NCBI GenBank assembly: GCA_035637115.1
Contig: DASPXV010000108.1
Coordinates: 6,386 to 70,385, forward strand
Direction: 5' to 3'
Length of the DNA stretch: 64,000 nucleotides
From: Vicinamibacterales bacterium
Lineage (GTDB): Bacteria; Acidobacteriota; Vicinamibacteria; Vicinamibacterales; 2-12-FULL-66-21
Position numbers and translations under genes: made by a program. The notes beneath the pieces were generated by a model, which saw nothing but the letters and a program-made list of their open reading frames with translations, was not told the DNA's origin and did not search any database. Numbering within the stretch: the first letter of the stretch is position 1; the number at the start of each line of letters is the position of its first letter. Shown piece by piece: positions 55,579 to 64,000 of the stretch.

Positions 55579-56385
55579 CTAGAAGATGCGCTGCGGTACG
55601 CGGATGGTGTCGTTTGCGAGAACGGGGTCGGTCAACTTCGCCCGCCGCTTCTCCATCCTGCCGTTCACCACGCGCTCGATCTCAATTCGCCCGAGGCCGG
55701 CACGCTCGGTCGGCCCGCCGGCCAGCGTCAGCGCGCGTTCGACGGTCAATCCGTCTTCCCACGTGTAAGAAGAGGGCGAGCGCACCTGGCCGGTGATGAA
55801 GAAGCTTTCAGCTTTGGGGACGAGGACGGTATCGCCGTCCTTCAGCAGCACGTTCTGCGCCTTGCCGGTTTCGATGTCCCGCCGCGATACGCGGATTTCT
55901 TCGATGGCGCCGGCGGCGTTTCGCCGGCTGATGAGCACGTACGATCCGGCGTCAGTGGTCAGCGATCCGGCCTGTGCGAGAACGCTCGTCAGCGACACGT
56001 TCCCCTGCAGGATGTATTCACCGGGACTGCGAATGCCAACACCCTGCACGCTGACGGTCTTGCTGCGGTACTTGACCACGGTCACGCTGACGGACGGATT
56101 CACGAGGAACCCTTTCGACAGCCGATCCTTGACCTCCTTCTCCGCGGCGCGAGCGCTGAGCCCACCCACCTTCACACGGCCGATGTAGGGACAATCAATG
56201 GTGCCGTCGTTGTCCACCGTGACGCTGGCGCGCGACGCGTCCGGTTCGCCGAACACAGTGATGTCGATCACGTCCGCAACGCCGATGACGTAGTCGTCGG
56301 ACGCCGGCTGCGTCCCCCTTGCCGTGGCCGTGGCCGGCGGCAGCGCGGACTGGAACAGCAGCAATAGAAGCGCGAGCATGTTCAT
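55579..56385 (-). CDS. polysaccharide export protein (Wza-like: Poly_export + SLBB domains)
   Basis: Signal peptide MNMLALLLLLFQSALP. YVIGVADVIDITVFGEPD...VTVDNDGTIDCPYIGRVKVGGLSARAAEKEV is the Poly_export motif. ATG 56385 overlaps the upstream stop (ATGA). Confidence 0.85.
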   Translation of the reverse strand: MNMLALLLLLFQSALPPATATARGTQPASDDYVIGVADVIDITVFGEPDASRASVTVDNDGTIDCPYIGRVKVGGLSARAAEKEVKDRLSKGFLVNPSVSVTVVKYRSKTVSVQGVGIRSPGEYILQGNVSLTSVLAQAGSLTTDAGSYVLISRRNAAGAIEEIRVSRRDIETGKAQNVLLKDGDTVLVPKAESFFITGQVRSPSSYTWEDGLTVERALTLAGGPTERAGLGRIEIERVVNGRMEKRRAKLTDPVLANDTIRVPQRIF

Positions 56386-57590
56386 AGCGTCGTCCCCCAC
56401 GTCAATCCCGCGAAGATGCGGTGATTCCGATAACGGTGCTCGGCGGATCGATCGGAGTCGCGGCGGGACCAATCCATGTTGATGCCGATGCGCACGCGGG
56501 TCGAGAACCGATAGCCGATGCCGCCGCCATAACTCATCATCGTGTCGCGACCGGCATCAGCAGCCACGCCGCGGTAATCCATCAGGCTGCGCGTCCCGGT
56601 ACCGCGCACATCCAGCGGACCGACAACCGCCGTCGTCCATGTGATGCCAACAGTGCTGCCGATGTAGTAGTCCGTCGCCTCGTCGTACGAGTACTGCACG
56701 TCGCGGTTGACGAGGGCCTGGAGCTGGTGCCGGCCGTAGATGGTTGCGGCGACCGAAACCGTGGAGACCAGGCCCGAATAATCCGGAAGCGTCGGCGACA
56801 GCGTTTCGAAACGCCGGAAACCAACCGACGCATTGCCCGTGATGAGGCCGCTCGGACTGAACGTGAGGCCGGGCGTCACTCGCCATGTGTTCGAGTTGCG
56901 ATCGGGTGCCAGCTGGAAGCGCTGCTGCTCGCGCGCGACGAGCATGGTGAAGCGCGTCAGCGGCGTCAGCTCGATCCCGAAGCCGCCGTCGACAGTCTGC
57001 CTGTGGCCGTCGAAGCTCCGGCGCAGGTCCACGCCGCGGAATTCCGCGCCGGGATCGAACGCGATCTTCGTGCGTGTCGCGTTCAATAACAGACGCGTGC
57101 GCGAAGCAACGGCGATCGCCACGCCCGCGCCGTACATCAAGTCGCGGTGCCGGGCGCGCGCGTCCACTTCGGCATTGAGCCGCGAGCGGCTGCTCACGCC
57201 CTGCGCTGTCGCATACGGGCGGAATCGTCCGAGGTCGAATTCGAGACGCGCGAGCCCTGACGTGTTCGTGCCCCGCTCGCTTGAGTACTTCCGGTAATAC
57301 ACGTAGTCGGTCGTCGTCCCGTACGTCAGGCGCAGGCGGCGCATGCGAAACGTGACGTCCGCGCGCGGCGTCAGCGTGAACGTGAAGTCCGTTTTGGGAT
57401 CGACCGGTTCGTTGAACACGTTGTTGTCCACGCCCATGTCTCGCAGGAGCAGACTCGGCGTCAGGCGAACCGGCCCGAGAACGACCGTGCCCGGCGGCGG
57501 GGTGTCGGGATCCTGCGCCGCTGTGGCGATTGGCGCAAGCGCTCCGGCGGCACAGGCAAGAGCAGCTGCGAGACGAAACACGCGGCGCAT
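56382..57590 (-). CDS. putative outer-membrane beta-barrel protein of the EPS locus
   Basis: Signal peptide MRRVFRLAAALACAAGALAPIATAAQ. Alternating beta-strand-like pattern throughout, aromatic-rich C-terminus ending ...IFAGLTWGTTL. Lies adjacent to the Wza-like gene. Confidence 0.6.
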   Translation of the reverse strand: MRRVFRLAAALACAAGALAPIATAAQDPDTPPPGTVVLGPVRLTPSLLLRDMGVDNNVFNEPVDPKTDFTFTLTPRADVTFRMRRLRLTYGTTTDYVYYRKYSSERGTNTSGLARLEFDLGRFRPYATAQGVSSRSRLNAEVDARARHRDLMYGAGVAIAVASRTRLLLNATRTKIAFDPGAEFRGVDLRRSFDGHRQTVDGGFGIELTPLTRFTMLVAREQQRFQLAPDRNSNTWRVTPGLTFSPSGLITGNASVGFRRFETLSPTLPDYSGLVSTVSVAATIYGRHQLQALVNRDVQYSYDEATDYYIGSTVGITWTTAVVGPLDVRGTGTRSLMDYRGVAADAGRDTMMSYGGGIGYRFSTRVRIGINMDWSRRDSDRSAEHRYRNHRIFAGLTWGTTL

Positions 57591-58567
57591 CAGGACGCCA
57601 CCCGCGTAGAGGTTCGCCGCATGATGCCGAGCTGTCGTGTCTTGCGATAGAGATTGGCGCGCTCAATACCGAGCGTGCGCGCCGCCTCACTCATGCGCCA
57701 GCGATGGCGTTCGAGGACAGACGCGATGTACTCGCGCTCGAACTGCCGCCGCGCCTCGCGCAGGCTGACGTGCGGCGCGATTCTCGCGAACGCACCGTCG
57801 ATCGGCAGGTGTGCGAGTACGTCTTCCTGACGGATCGCCCCTTCGGGCGCGGCCGACAGCACCCGTTCGAGTACGCTGCGTAACTCGTCGAGATTCCCGG
57901 GCCATGCAGGGGCCGCGAGGACAGTCAGTGCGGCTTGCGTGAACGAAGGCGGCCGGCCGCCGCACAGCCGCGCCGCGATCGATTCCGCGATCGCAGGAAT
58001 GTCATCCGGCCGCTCGCGCAAGCTCGGGACCGTGATGCACACCTGCGATAGGCGGCGAAAAAGATCCGAGCGGAGCTGGCCGTCGCCGACATCCGACGCG
58101 ATCGAGGCGGGACCTTCCGCGAGCACCCGGGCGCGAACGGCAACCCGGCGTCCACCTGTTGCCACTTCGCGATCGCGCAGCACGCGCGCGAGCCGCCGCT
58201 GCGTCGCAGCCGGAAGCTCCAGGATCTGCTTCAAGTAAAGCGTGCCCCCCTTGGCGCGGAGCAGGGCCGAGCGTGATCCAACGGCTTCGACTTCCGCTTG
58301 CGTAACTTGGCGCGGCAGCTTGCCGAAAATCACGCTGTCCACGTCGGCATCGGCGGACGAGCAGTCAATGACGACGAGTGGCTGACGGGGCCGGCTGCCT
58401 TCATGGAGCGCGCGCGCGATCGCATCGGCGTCGAGCCCACGATCCGCGATGATGAGCGCCGGCGCCGCGCTGCCGGCGGCGGCCTCGAACGCGGCGCGGG
58501 CCCGTGCGGTAGCCGCCGAAGGCCCCATCAACGGGAGGGGCCAGTCGTCCCTTCGCAATGTATGCAT
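57590..58567 (-). CDS. EBP-like (NtrC-family AAA+ / Fis-HTH) regulator with degenerate ATPase and sigma54-contact motifs, no receiver domain
   Basis: C-terminal HTH_8: ARRQFEREYIASVLERHRWRMSEAARTLGIERANLYRKTRQLGI. Walker A position reads ALIIADRGLDADAIA. Walker B position reads GGTLYLKQI, where the canonical motif is ..LDEI. No GAFTGA. Confidence 0.7.
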   Translation of the reverse strand: MHTLRRDDWPLPLMGPSAATARARAAFEAAAGSAAPALIIADRGLDADAIARALHEGSRPRQPLVVIDCSSADADVDSVIFGKLPRQVTQAEVEAVGSRSALLRAKGGTLYLKQILELPAATQRRLARVLRDREVATGGRRVAVRARVLAEGPASIASDVGDGQLRSDLFRRLSQVCITVPSLRERPDDIPAIAESIAARLCGGRPPSFTQAALTVLAAPAWPGNLDELRSVLERVLSAAPEGAIRQEDVLAHLPIDGAFARIAPHVSLREARRQFEREYIASVLERHRWRMSEAARTLGIERANLYRKTRQLGIMRRTSTRVAS

Positions 58568-58630
58568 GTTTGTTGAGTAGATAGAGCTTCGCCCCGTGAC
58601 TTACAGGGCGCAGGATGGCGGGAAGCACGA

Positions 58631-58659
58631 ATTCTGACGGAATGGGGCCTTTGTGTCAA
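58631..58659 (-). promoter_or_regulatory. sigma70-like promoter candidate (TTGACA-N17-CAGAAT) upstream of the regulator gene, overlapped by a nested inverted repeat (58648-58695)
   Basis: Minus strand reads ...CCTTGTGTCtcttGTGATGCGttcgCGTATCACtatTGACACAAAGGccccattccgtCAGAATtcg. The outer repeat CCTTGTGTC/GACACAAAGG and inner repeat GTGATGCG/CGTATCAC were read directly. Confidence 0.35.
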
Positions 58660-58697
58660 TAGTGATACGCGAACGCATCACAAGAGACACAAGGGGT

Positions 58698-59627
58698 CTA
58701 TCGGCGGGGCGTTCTTGTGAATGTGCGCCGCAGCCAGCGGCCCGGACGTCCTGCGTGATGACGGATCGTTCGCTGGCGCCTCAGCGTGGCGCCGACCAAC
58801 CTGCGATCGAACGTCTCCACGTCGGCATCGACGTTCCGCAGGGTCCAGCCGGGATGCCGCAGCGGCCACGCGAGCGATGTGACTGGCCGGTGACAGAGGT
58901 CACCTCCCGTCGTATGCGTTGCGCGGGGATCGCTGCCGGCGTTCGAGACGAGGTTCACGCCGGGATGGATGGCGAGTCCTTGCGTCATGCAGCTGTACCA
59001 CCACGCGTAATCCCAGTCGGTCAGCGATCCGCCGGCGCGCTGCTGGAAGACATCGGTGAGGTAGTTGCGTTCGTCGGCTGTATCGAAAAGCGACTCGAGT
59101 TCGGGACGCGCGCGCAACGTGGCCCACGTGGACAGCTCGCGATCGCAGAGCGCCCACGCGCGCTTCCACGTCGCCCACCCCCACGTCAGCGGGTACTTCG
59201 AAAAATAGTACGAGTCATCGATCGGACGAGTCGCGTAGGTTTCGCCGCTGATGTGCATGATCCGCGTGTCATCACGGTAGCGGTCCAGCAGCTCCCCGCA
59301 GAACGGGAAGAAATCCTGCGCCGGCACGCAGTCGTCCTCGAGCACGATGCCGCGATCGGCGTGCGTAAACAGCCAATCGAGTGCGGACGTGACGCGCGCG
59401 GCGCAACCGAGGTTGTGCGCGGAGAAATCCGTCTGCACTTCGCACGGCCAGGTGACGCTGGTCGCCGCCACGCGCGCGGCTTCGCACGCCGCACGCTCGG
59501 AGTCGCCGGCCGGACCATCCGCCGCGACGAACAGCCGCTTCGGACGCGCGGCCGCGATCGCCTGCAGCGTCACCGCCGCGAGATCGGCGCGGCGGTAAAC
59601 GATGAGGAGCACGGGCACGTCGATCAT
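58698..59627 (-). CDS. GT-A fold nucleotide-diphospho-sugar transferase (GNT-I / GT2-like)
   Basis: VPVLLIVYRRADLAAVTLQAIAAARPKRLFVAADGP ... GIVLEDDCVPAQDFF (EDD motif). Confidence 0.65.
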   Translation of the reverse strand: MIDVPVLLIVYRRADLAAVTLQAIAAARPKRLFVAADGPAGDSERAACEAARVAATSVTWPCEVQTDFSAHNLGCAARVTSALDWLFTHADRGIVLEDDCVPAQDFFPFCGELLDRYRDDTRIMHISGETYATRPIDDSYYFSKYPLTWGWATWKRAWALCDRELSTWATLRARPELESLFDTADERNYLTDVFQQRAGGSLTDWDYAWWYSCMTQGLAIHPGVNLVSNAGSDPRATHTTGGDLCHRPVTSLAWPLRHPGWTLRNVDADVETFDRRLVGATLRRQRTIRHHAGRPGRWLRRTFTRTPRR

Positions 59628-59629
59628 GG

Positions 59630-60679
59630 TCAGGACCTCGGCGCTACGCGCGACCCCTCGAGAATCCGTTCGAGCACATGTGCCGGCGAGAACTCGCGCA
59701 GCGCGCGCGCGCGTCCGCGATCGACGTACGCCTGCCGGCGCTGATCATCGGTCAGCAGCTCCACACAGGCCCGGACGAAACGCCGGCGATACAGCCATCC
59801 ACGTGGATGGCCGGGGATCAGCACGCCGCCGTCGCCCACTGTCTGCACGAGCGCATAACGTTTTGTCGTGACCGGAACGGTTCCCGCCGCAAGACACTCA
59901 GCGGCCGCGAGACAGAAACCCTCTTCGAAGTTGCACGGGTACGCCATCACACGCGCGCGCTGCTGCCACGCCACGAGTTCGGAACGCGACACGTGGCCGA
60001 GATAATCCACCCCCTCATGTCCCTCAAAGAATCGCATGAATGCGGCCTTTGCCGGCTGCCCTCCCCACAACGAGAAATCCGACGTGATCGCAAGGCGCGC
60101 ATCCGGCACCTGGCGTCGAATCCGCGGGAATAGATCCTTGAGGTAGAACAGCCCGCGATCCGGCGCCGAACAATACACGAGGAGCCGCTCCTTCCTGCCG
60201 GGCCCGTCGCTGTAGTCGCTCGTGTCAATCGGAGCGCAGCCGAGCGACACGAGCGCGGATTCACCGGTTGCCGCGGCAAGATGCATCCGCTGGAAGTCGG
60301 ACAACGTGAACGAGACGTCCGCCCATCGGCGGCATCGCTCGATCGACGCGCGATCCGGAATGTGCACGTCGGTCCAAATGAAGATTTTTTGTCCGCTGCA
60401 TTCGGCAGCGGCCGGTGACCAGTGCTTCCAGAGAACGACCGCGTCGAACGCTGTGTCGGGGATAGCGTTGAGCGGCATATAGCGTACGCCGCGCTCTGTT
60501 GCCACCGAGCCCACGCGATTCGCCACGACAACGTCAGCCCCGCGCGCCGCGTATGCTTCCGCAAGAAGCACGACGCACGCTTCGGTCCCTCCGACACCCT
60601 CGCCGCGAAAGTCTGCCGCCGTGAACGGAATTCCGAAGTCGCAGACGAACAGGACCCGCTGGCCCTGCAGGTCATTCAT
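59630..60679 (-). CDS. glycosyltransferase (GT-B fold, GT4/GT1-like)
   Basis: Start MNDLQGQRVLFVCDF (60679, ATGA overlap with the ABC gene stop). MAYPCNFEEGFCLAAAECLAAGTVPVTT. Confidence 0.7.
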   Translation of the reverse strand: MNDLQGQRVLFVCDFGIPFTAADFRGEGVGGTEACVVLLAEAYAARGADVVVANRVGSVATERGVRYMPLNAIPDTAFDAVVLWKHWSPAAAECSGQKIFIWTDVHIPDRASIERCRRWADVSFTLSDFQRMHLAAATGESALVSLGCAPIDTSDYSDGPGRKERLLVYCSAPDRGLFYLKDLFPRIRRQVPDARLAITSDFSLWGGQPAKAAFMRFFEGHEGVDYLGHVSRSELVAWQQRARVMAYPCNFEEGFCLAAAECLAAGTVPVTTKRYALVQTVGDGGVLIPGHPRGWLYRRRFVRACVELLTDDQRRQAYVDRGRARALREFSPAHVLERILEGSRVAPRS

Positions 60680-62484
60680 GCGGTGAGCCCGTGCACCAGC
60701 CGATCGAACGTGCCCTTCGCCGCCTGCAGCGTTGTCCACGTCCCCTGCTCGACGATGCGGCCGTGCTCGAAGACGACGATCCAGTCAGCGTCGCGGATTG
60801 TCGACAGACGGTGCGCGATCACGATGGTGGTGCGGCCGCGCGCCGCGTTGGTCAGCGCCTGCTGCACGAGCTGCTCCGAGACGGAATCCAGGTGCGATGT
60901 GGCTTCGTCGAGGACGAGGATGCCGGGATCGCGGACGATGGCGCGTGCGATCGCGATGCGCTGGCGCTGTCCGCCGGATACCATCGCGCCGCGCTCGCCG
61001 ACAAGCGTATCGAGTCCGTCCGGCAACGCCGCGACCATGTCCGAGAGATTCGCGGCGGCGATCGCGTGCTCCAGCGCACCCTCCTTCACGTCCTGCCATC
61101 CGTAGAGCACGTTCTCTCTGAGCGTGCCGTGGAAGAGGAATGCATCCTGCTCCACGAGCGCGATCGATCGGTGCCAGCTCTCTGGTGAGAATTGCCAGTA
61201 GTCAGTCCCATCCACCGTGATCCGGCCGGACGTCGGGACACGGAGGCGAAGCAACAGCGAGGCGAGCGTCGACTTGCCCGATCCGGACGTGCCGACGATG
61301 GCGAGCGTCTGGCCGGCGCGTACGTCGAACGAAACATTCTTGAGCGCCTCCGTGCCGGTACCGTAGGTATACGAGACCTTTTCGAGCCGGAGTGCATCAC
61401 GAAGGCTGCCGAACTCAATCGACCCAAACGGCCGCTGCGGGTAGATCGGCGTGCTCAACCACCGATCGACTTCGCGAATGCCTCCCGCCACGTAGAACAG
61501 ATGCCCCTGCATGCTGTAGAGCGTGTTCATCAGCGGCAGCAGGCGCAGCAGCACGAACCCATACCAAAGGAGGTAGCTGCTCAGCATGTGACCGGGACGC
61601 ACGAAGAAGATGTACGCGCACGCCACGATGACCATCGCGCCGATGACCGCCAGCGTTTCGGTGACGGGGAACAGCAATCCGTGCGCGCGGCTGGTCTGCT
61701 CCTCCGTCGCGGCCTGTGCGACGTTGACGTCGCCGAAGCGCTCGATTTCCGCCAGCTGCGCGTTGGTCGCGCGCACGACTCGAACGCCGGCGAATGACTG
61801 CTCGAGGACAGTGGACAAACGATGATTCAGGTCGGTGAGGTTGCGTCCGGCCTGGGTGAGCCGGCGATAGATCGCGCCAAGCGCTCCGCCGAGTCCGGCT
61901 CCGAGACCGACGACGAGCAGCGTGAGCGGCCACGAAATGTAAAAGAGCGCGCCCACATAGAACAGCGCGATCCCGAGTCGCTGCGTGAAGCTGATCGCCG
62001 CGTCTATCGCGATCGTCGTGCGGTATGTCTCGACGAGAAAGATGTTCGCGATCTCGCCGGTGGGCCGCCGGTCGAAGAGATCGAGGTCCGCGCGCTGCAG
62101 CCGCTCGAACAGCGCCGAACGCAGGCTCGTCGCCACCCGTCGCTTGAGCCGCGCGGCGAAGAGTTGCGCGACGTACGCCGAGAGATTTTTCGCGGCGATC
62201 GCCAGAACGATCGCGACGCAGCACACGCCGACGTAGTACGCGGGCGAGTGGTTGGGAAACTGCGCCTGCAGCCACTGGAGCGGGCGCATCGGGACGGCGT
62301 TCGTGCCGCCGAGCAGCAGCGACAGCAGCGGGACGAGGAGTCCGACGCCGACGCCCTCGAACACCACCATGACGAACGAGCTGGCGAGCGTCGCCGCCAG
62401 CAGCCCTCGACCTGCGCCGAGGTACGGCCGCAGCTGCCTCAGCAACCGCCATACGTCGGCGGACTGGATCAGCCAGGATTTCAT
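60676..62484 (-). CDS. ABC transporter, fused permease/ATP-binding (MsbA-like type I exporter)
   Basis: Six-TM N-terminal half. Walker A GTSGSGKST, signature VSGGQRQRIAIARA, Walker B ILVLDEATSHLD, H-loop IAHRLST. Confidence 0.9.
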   Translation of the reverse strand: MKSWLIQSADVWRLLRQLRPYLGAGRGLLAATLASSFVMVVFEGVGVGLLVPLLSLLLGGTNAVPMRPLQWLQAQFPNHSPAYYVGVCCVAIVLAIAAKNLSAYVAQLFAARLKRRVATSLRSALFERLQRADLDLFDRRPTGEIANIFLVETYRTTIAIDAAISFTQRLGIALFYVGALFYISWPLTLLVVGLGAGLGGALGAIYRRLTQAGRNLTDLNHRLSTVLEQSFAGVRVVRATNAQLAEIERFGDVNVAQAATEEQTSRAHGLLFPVTETLAVIGAMVIVACAYIFFVRPGHMLSSYLLWYGFVLLRLLPLMNTLYSMQGHLFYVAGGIREVDRWLSTPIYPQRPFGSIEFGSLRDALRLEKVSYTYGTGTEALKNVSFDVRAGQTLAIVGTSGSGKSTLASLLLRLRVPTSGRITVDGTDYWQFSPESWHRSIALVEQDAFLFHGTLRENVLYGWQDVKEGALEHAIAAANLSDMVAALPDGLDTLVGERGAMVSGGQRQRIAIARAIVRDPGILVLDEATSHLDSVSEQLVQQALTNAARGRTTIVIAHRLSTIRDADWIVVFEHGRIVEQGTWTTLQAAKGTFDRLVHGLTA

Positions 62485-62503
62485 GGAGCGCCCCTAGGAT
62501 ATG

Positions 62504-63406
62504 TCAGGACGTTCCCTTACGCCGCTCGAGCTCCTCTAGTGTCTTCGGCCAGTCCTCGCGCAAAAGCCGCGACAGCGCGCGGTCGGCCAGGAGCTTCCCG
62601 CCCGTCTGGCATACCGCACAATAGTTCGACTCGTTCCGCGCGAAGACAATGCGCTGAACGGGCGCGCCGCAGCGTGGACACGGCTTCCCGTACTTTCCAT
62701 GGACGGCCATTCCCGGTCGAAACGCCGTCACCTTCTCGGGAAATGCCTCCCCCGTCTCTCTCTGCAGCTCCACCGTCCAATGCGCGAGGACTTCGCGCGT
62801 GGCCCGGTACAAGGTCGCAATATCGGGGTCGGTCAGCGCCTGCGTCAGTTTTATCGGAGACAACTGCGCTGCATGAAGAATCTCGTCCGAGTAGGCATTG
62901 CCGATCCCGCTGAACACGTGCGGATCCGTCAGCACGCGCTTGAGCGTGTGATTCTCCGCGCGAAGCGCGCGGGCGAAGTCCGCCTCGCTCATCGAAAACA
63001 CTTCCCTGCCTCCGGGATCCATCTGCTCGACGGCTGTCTCGCCGCGGACGACGTGCAGCGAGGCCTGCTTGCGCGATCCGGCTTCGGTGATAAGCAGCGT
63101 GGCATCTTCGAAGTCGAACGCCGCGAGACCGACCTTCGCGGGAATCGCGATGCTGCGTTCCTTCCATCGCAGCCGGCCGGCGATCATGAGATGCAGTACC
63201 ACGAACAAATCGGCGTCGAAGCCGAAGACGAGTCGCTTGCCCAGCCGGCGCAGCTCGCGCACGGTCCGTCCTTCGAGCGCGGAGATCGGTGGATCGAACG
63301 TCCGGACCAGGAAGGGACTGGCGATCCTGACGCGCTGTACCTGGCGTCCGATGATGCGCGGACGCAAGGCCGACAGATAGAGCTCGACGTCGGGAAGTTC
63401 AGGCAT
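62504..63406 (-). CDS. Fpg/Nei-family DNA glycosylase / AP lyase
   Basis: MPELPDVE N-terminus (start set at 63406); H2TH region NAYSDEILHAAQLSP; C-terminal zinc finger CPRCGAPV...YCAVCQ. Confidence 0.88.
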   Translation of the reverse strand: MPELPDVELYLSALRPRIIGRQVQRVRIASPFLVRTFDPPISALEGRTVRELRRLGKRLVFGFDADLFVVLHLMIAGRLRWKERSIAIPAKVGLAAFDFEDATLLITEAGSRKQASLHVVRGETAVEQMDPGGREVFSMSEADFARALRAENHTLKRVLTDPHVFSGIGNAYSDEILHAAQLSPIKLTQALTDPDIATLYRATREVLAHWTVELQRETGEAFPEKVTAFRPGMAVHGKYGKPCPRCGAPVQRIVFARNESNYCAVCQTGGKLLADRALSRLLREDWPKTLEELERRKGTS

Positions 63407-63995
63407 CCGGAGAGGAACGCGGATGCCACCGCAGGACGTCGTCGCGTACTTCGACAACGGCATCGGGATCCGCGTGCTGAATCCAGCCGACCAGCTCGTC
63501 GAGCCCGAGATAGCCGTCGCGGCCGTTGAAATAGCGCATGTCGTCGATCAGGACCACGTGTCCCATGACGCCATGCTGCCTGATCGCCCGGAGTTCCTTC
63601 ACGATCGGGCTATCGAGCGCTCCTCTCGCGGTGACTGGTCCCGAGTAATGCGCATCGAGCCAGAACAGCGCGGGTTCGGCGATTGCGCCCAGCACCTCCG
63701 GCAGACGCGCGCCGCTGTCGCCGTGCAGCAGCGTGACGTGCGGCTGCGATCGAAAGCGATCAACGGCGCGACTGTGCCAACCCGGATCCAGTTCGATCGA
63801 ATAAATTCGATCGAAGCGTTGTGAGACGGCATCGATCATGCCGCCCGCGAAAGTGCCGGTTTCGACGAACACGCGCGGCCGGAACCGCCGGCGGTACTCT
63901 TCGACGATGGCGTGTTTCACGGTAGGCGGCGGCGGAATGGGACGTCCGCGCATCTGCCACTGCAGGACGATCCGGCGATCGTTCAGCGGCCGCAC
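63399..63995 (-). CDS. putative SAM-dependent methyltransferase-like protein
   Basis: VFVETGTFAGGMIDAVSQRFDRIYSIELDP ... LFWLDAHY resembles class I methyltransferase / TylF-like folds. Family not firmly recognised. The start is close to the window end, so the true N-terminus could lie beyond it. Confidence 0.5.
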   Translation of the reverse strand: MRPLNDRRIVLQWQMRGRPIPPPPTVKHAIVEEYRRRFRPRVFVETGTFAGGMIDAVSQRFDRIYSIELDPGWHSRAVDRFRSQPHVTLLHGDSGARLPEVLGAIAEPALFWLDAHYSGPVTARGALDSPIVKELRAIRQHGVMGHVVLIDDMRYFNGRDGYLGLDELVGWIQHADPDAVVEVRDDVLRWHPRSSPDA

Positions 63996-64000
63996 CAGCG

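Noticed and set aside
31948-62484. Calling the locus a PEP-CTERM/exosortase system.
   Set aside because: The accessory genes (HprK-like kinase, PqqD, Asn-synthase homolog, Wzc, Wza, beta-barrel, sugar transferase) resemble such loci. However, no exosortase-like polytopic protein and no PEP-CTERM C-terminal sorting motif could be found in any translated ORF in the window.
60676-62484. Assigning the ABC exporter as the lasso-peptide D transporter.
   Set aside because: It is about 30 kb from the RiPP operon and overlap-coupled to glycosyltransferase genes. A role in EPS or lipid-linked intermediate export is at least as likely, so no claim is made.

Overview
GC-rich bacterial chromosomal segment. 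Gene content and the CACAGAG-type intergenic repeats suggest Acidobacteriota, but that is inference only. No rRNA, tRNA or CRISPR array was recognised.

Layout:
(1) 1-6.6 kb: queA, an AI-2E transporter, a 1114-aa secreted DUF11/DUF4394/Ig-like protein and a DUF4112 protein.
(2) 6.6-18.7 kb: a tightly coupled alpha-glucan/trehalose cluster, glgX-glgE-treS/pep2 fusion-treZ-treY.
(3) 18.7-25.3 kb: a decayed S9-peptidase gene stub, a fabH-unknown-LigD polymerase-domain operon, and yebC-ruvC-ruvA-[structured repeat]-ruvB.
(4) 25.35-31.7 kb: a seven-gene minus-strand operon that reads as a lasso-peptide-like RiPP system. Order is methyltransferase, PqqD/RRE, a Cys-less Asn-synthase-like cyclase, a 56-aa precursor with a textbook YxxPxLx3Gx5Tx leader, a PRMT-like methyltransferase with a PqqD-like tail, an HprK-like kinase, and a UPF0489-like/TPR protein. 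No transglutaminase-type leader peptidase is present.
(5) 31.9-62.5 kb: a large exopolysaccharide locus. It has Wzc, two Wzy/O-antigen-ligase-like proteins, a priming sugar transferase, about 11 glycosyltransferases, five methyltransferases, a geranylgeranyl-reductase-family enzyme, Wza, an OM beta-barrel, an ATPase-dead EBP-like regulator and an MsbA-like ABC exporter.
(6) 62.5-64 kb: an Fpg/Nei glycosylase and a methyltransferase-like ORF.

Other oddities: an in-frame 108-bp palindrome inside treZ, a 36-bp x4 in-frame tandem repeat inside a GT4 gene, and a 7-nt x5 repeat inside queA. Many long ORFs in the track are antisense shadow ORFs typical of GC-rich DNA and were not called. All functional calls come from reading the translations and motif recognition; no database search was run.
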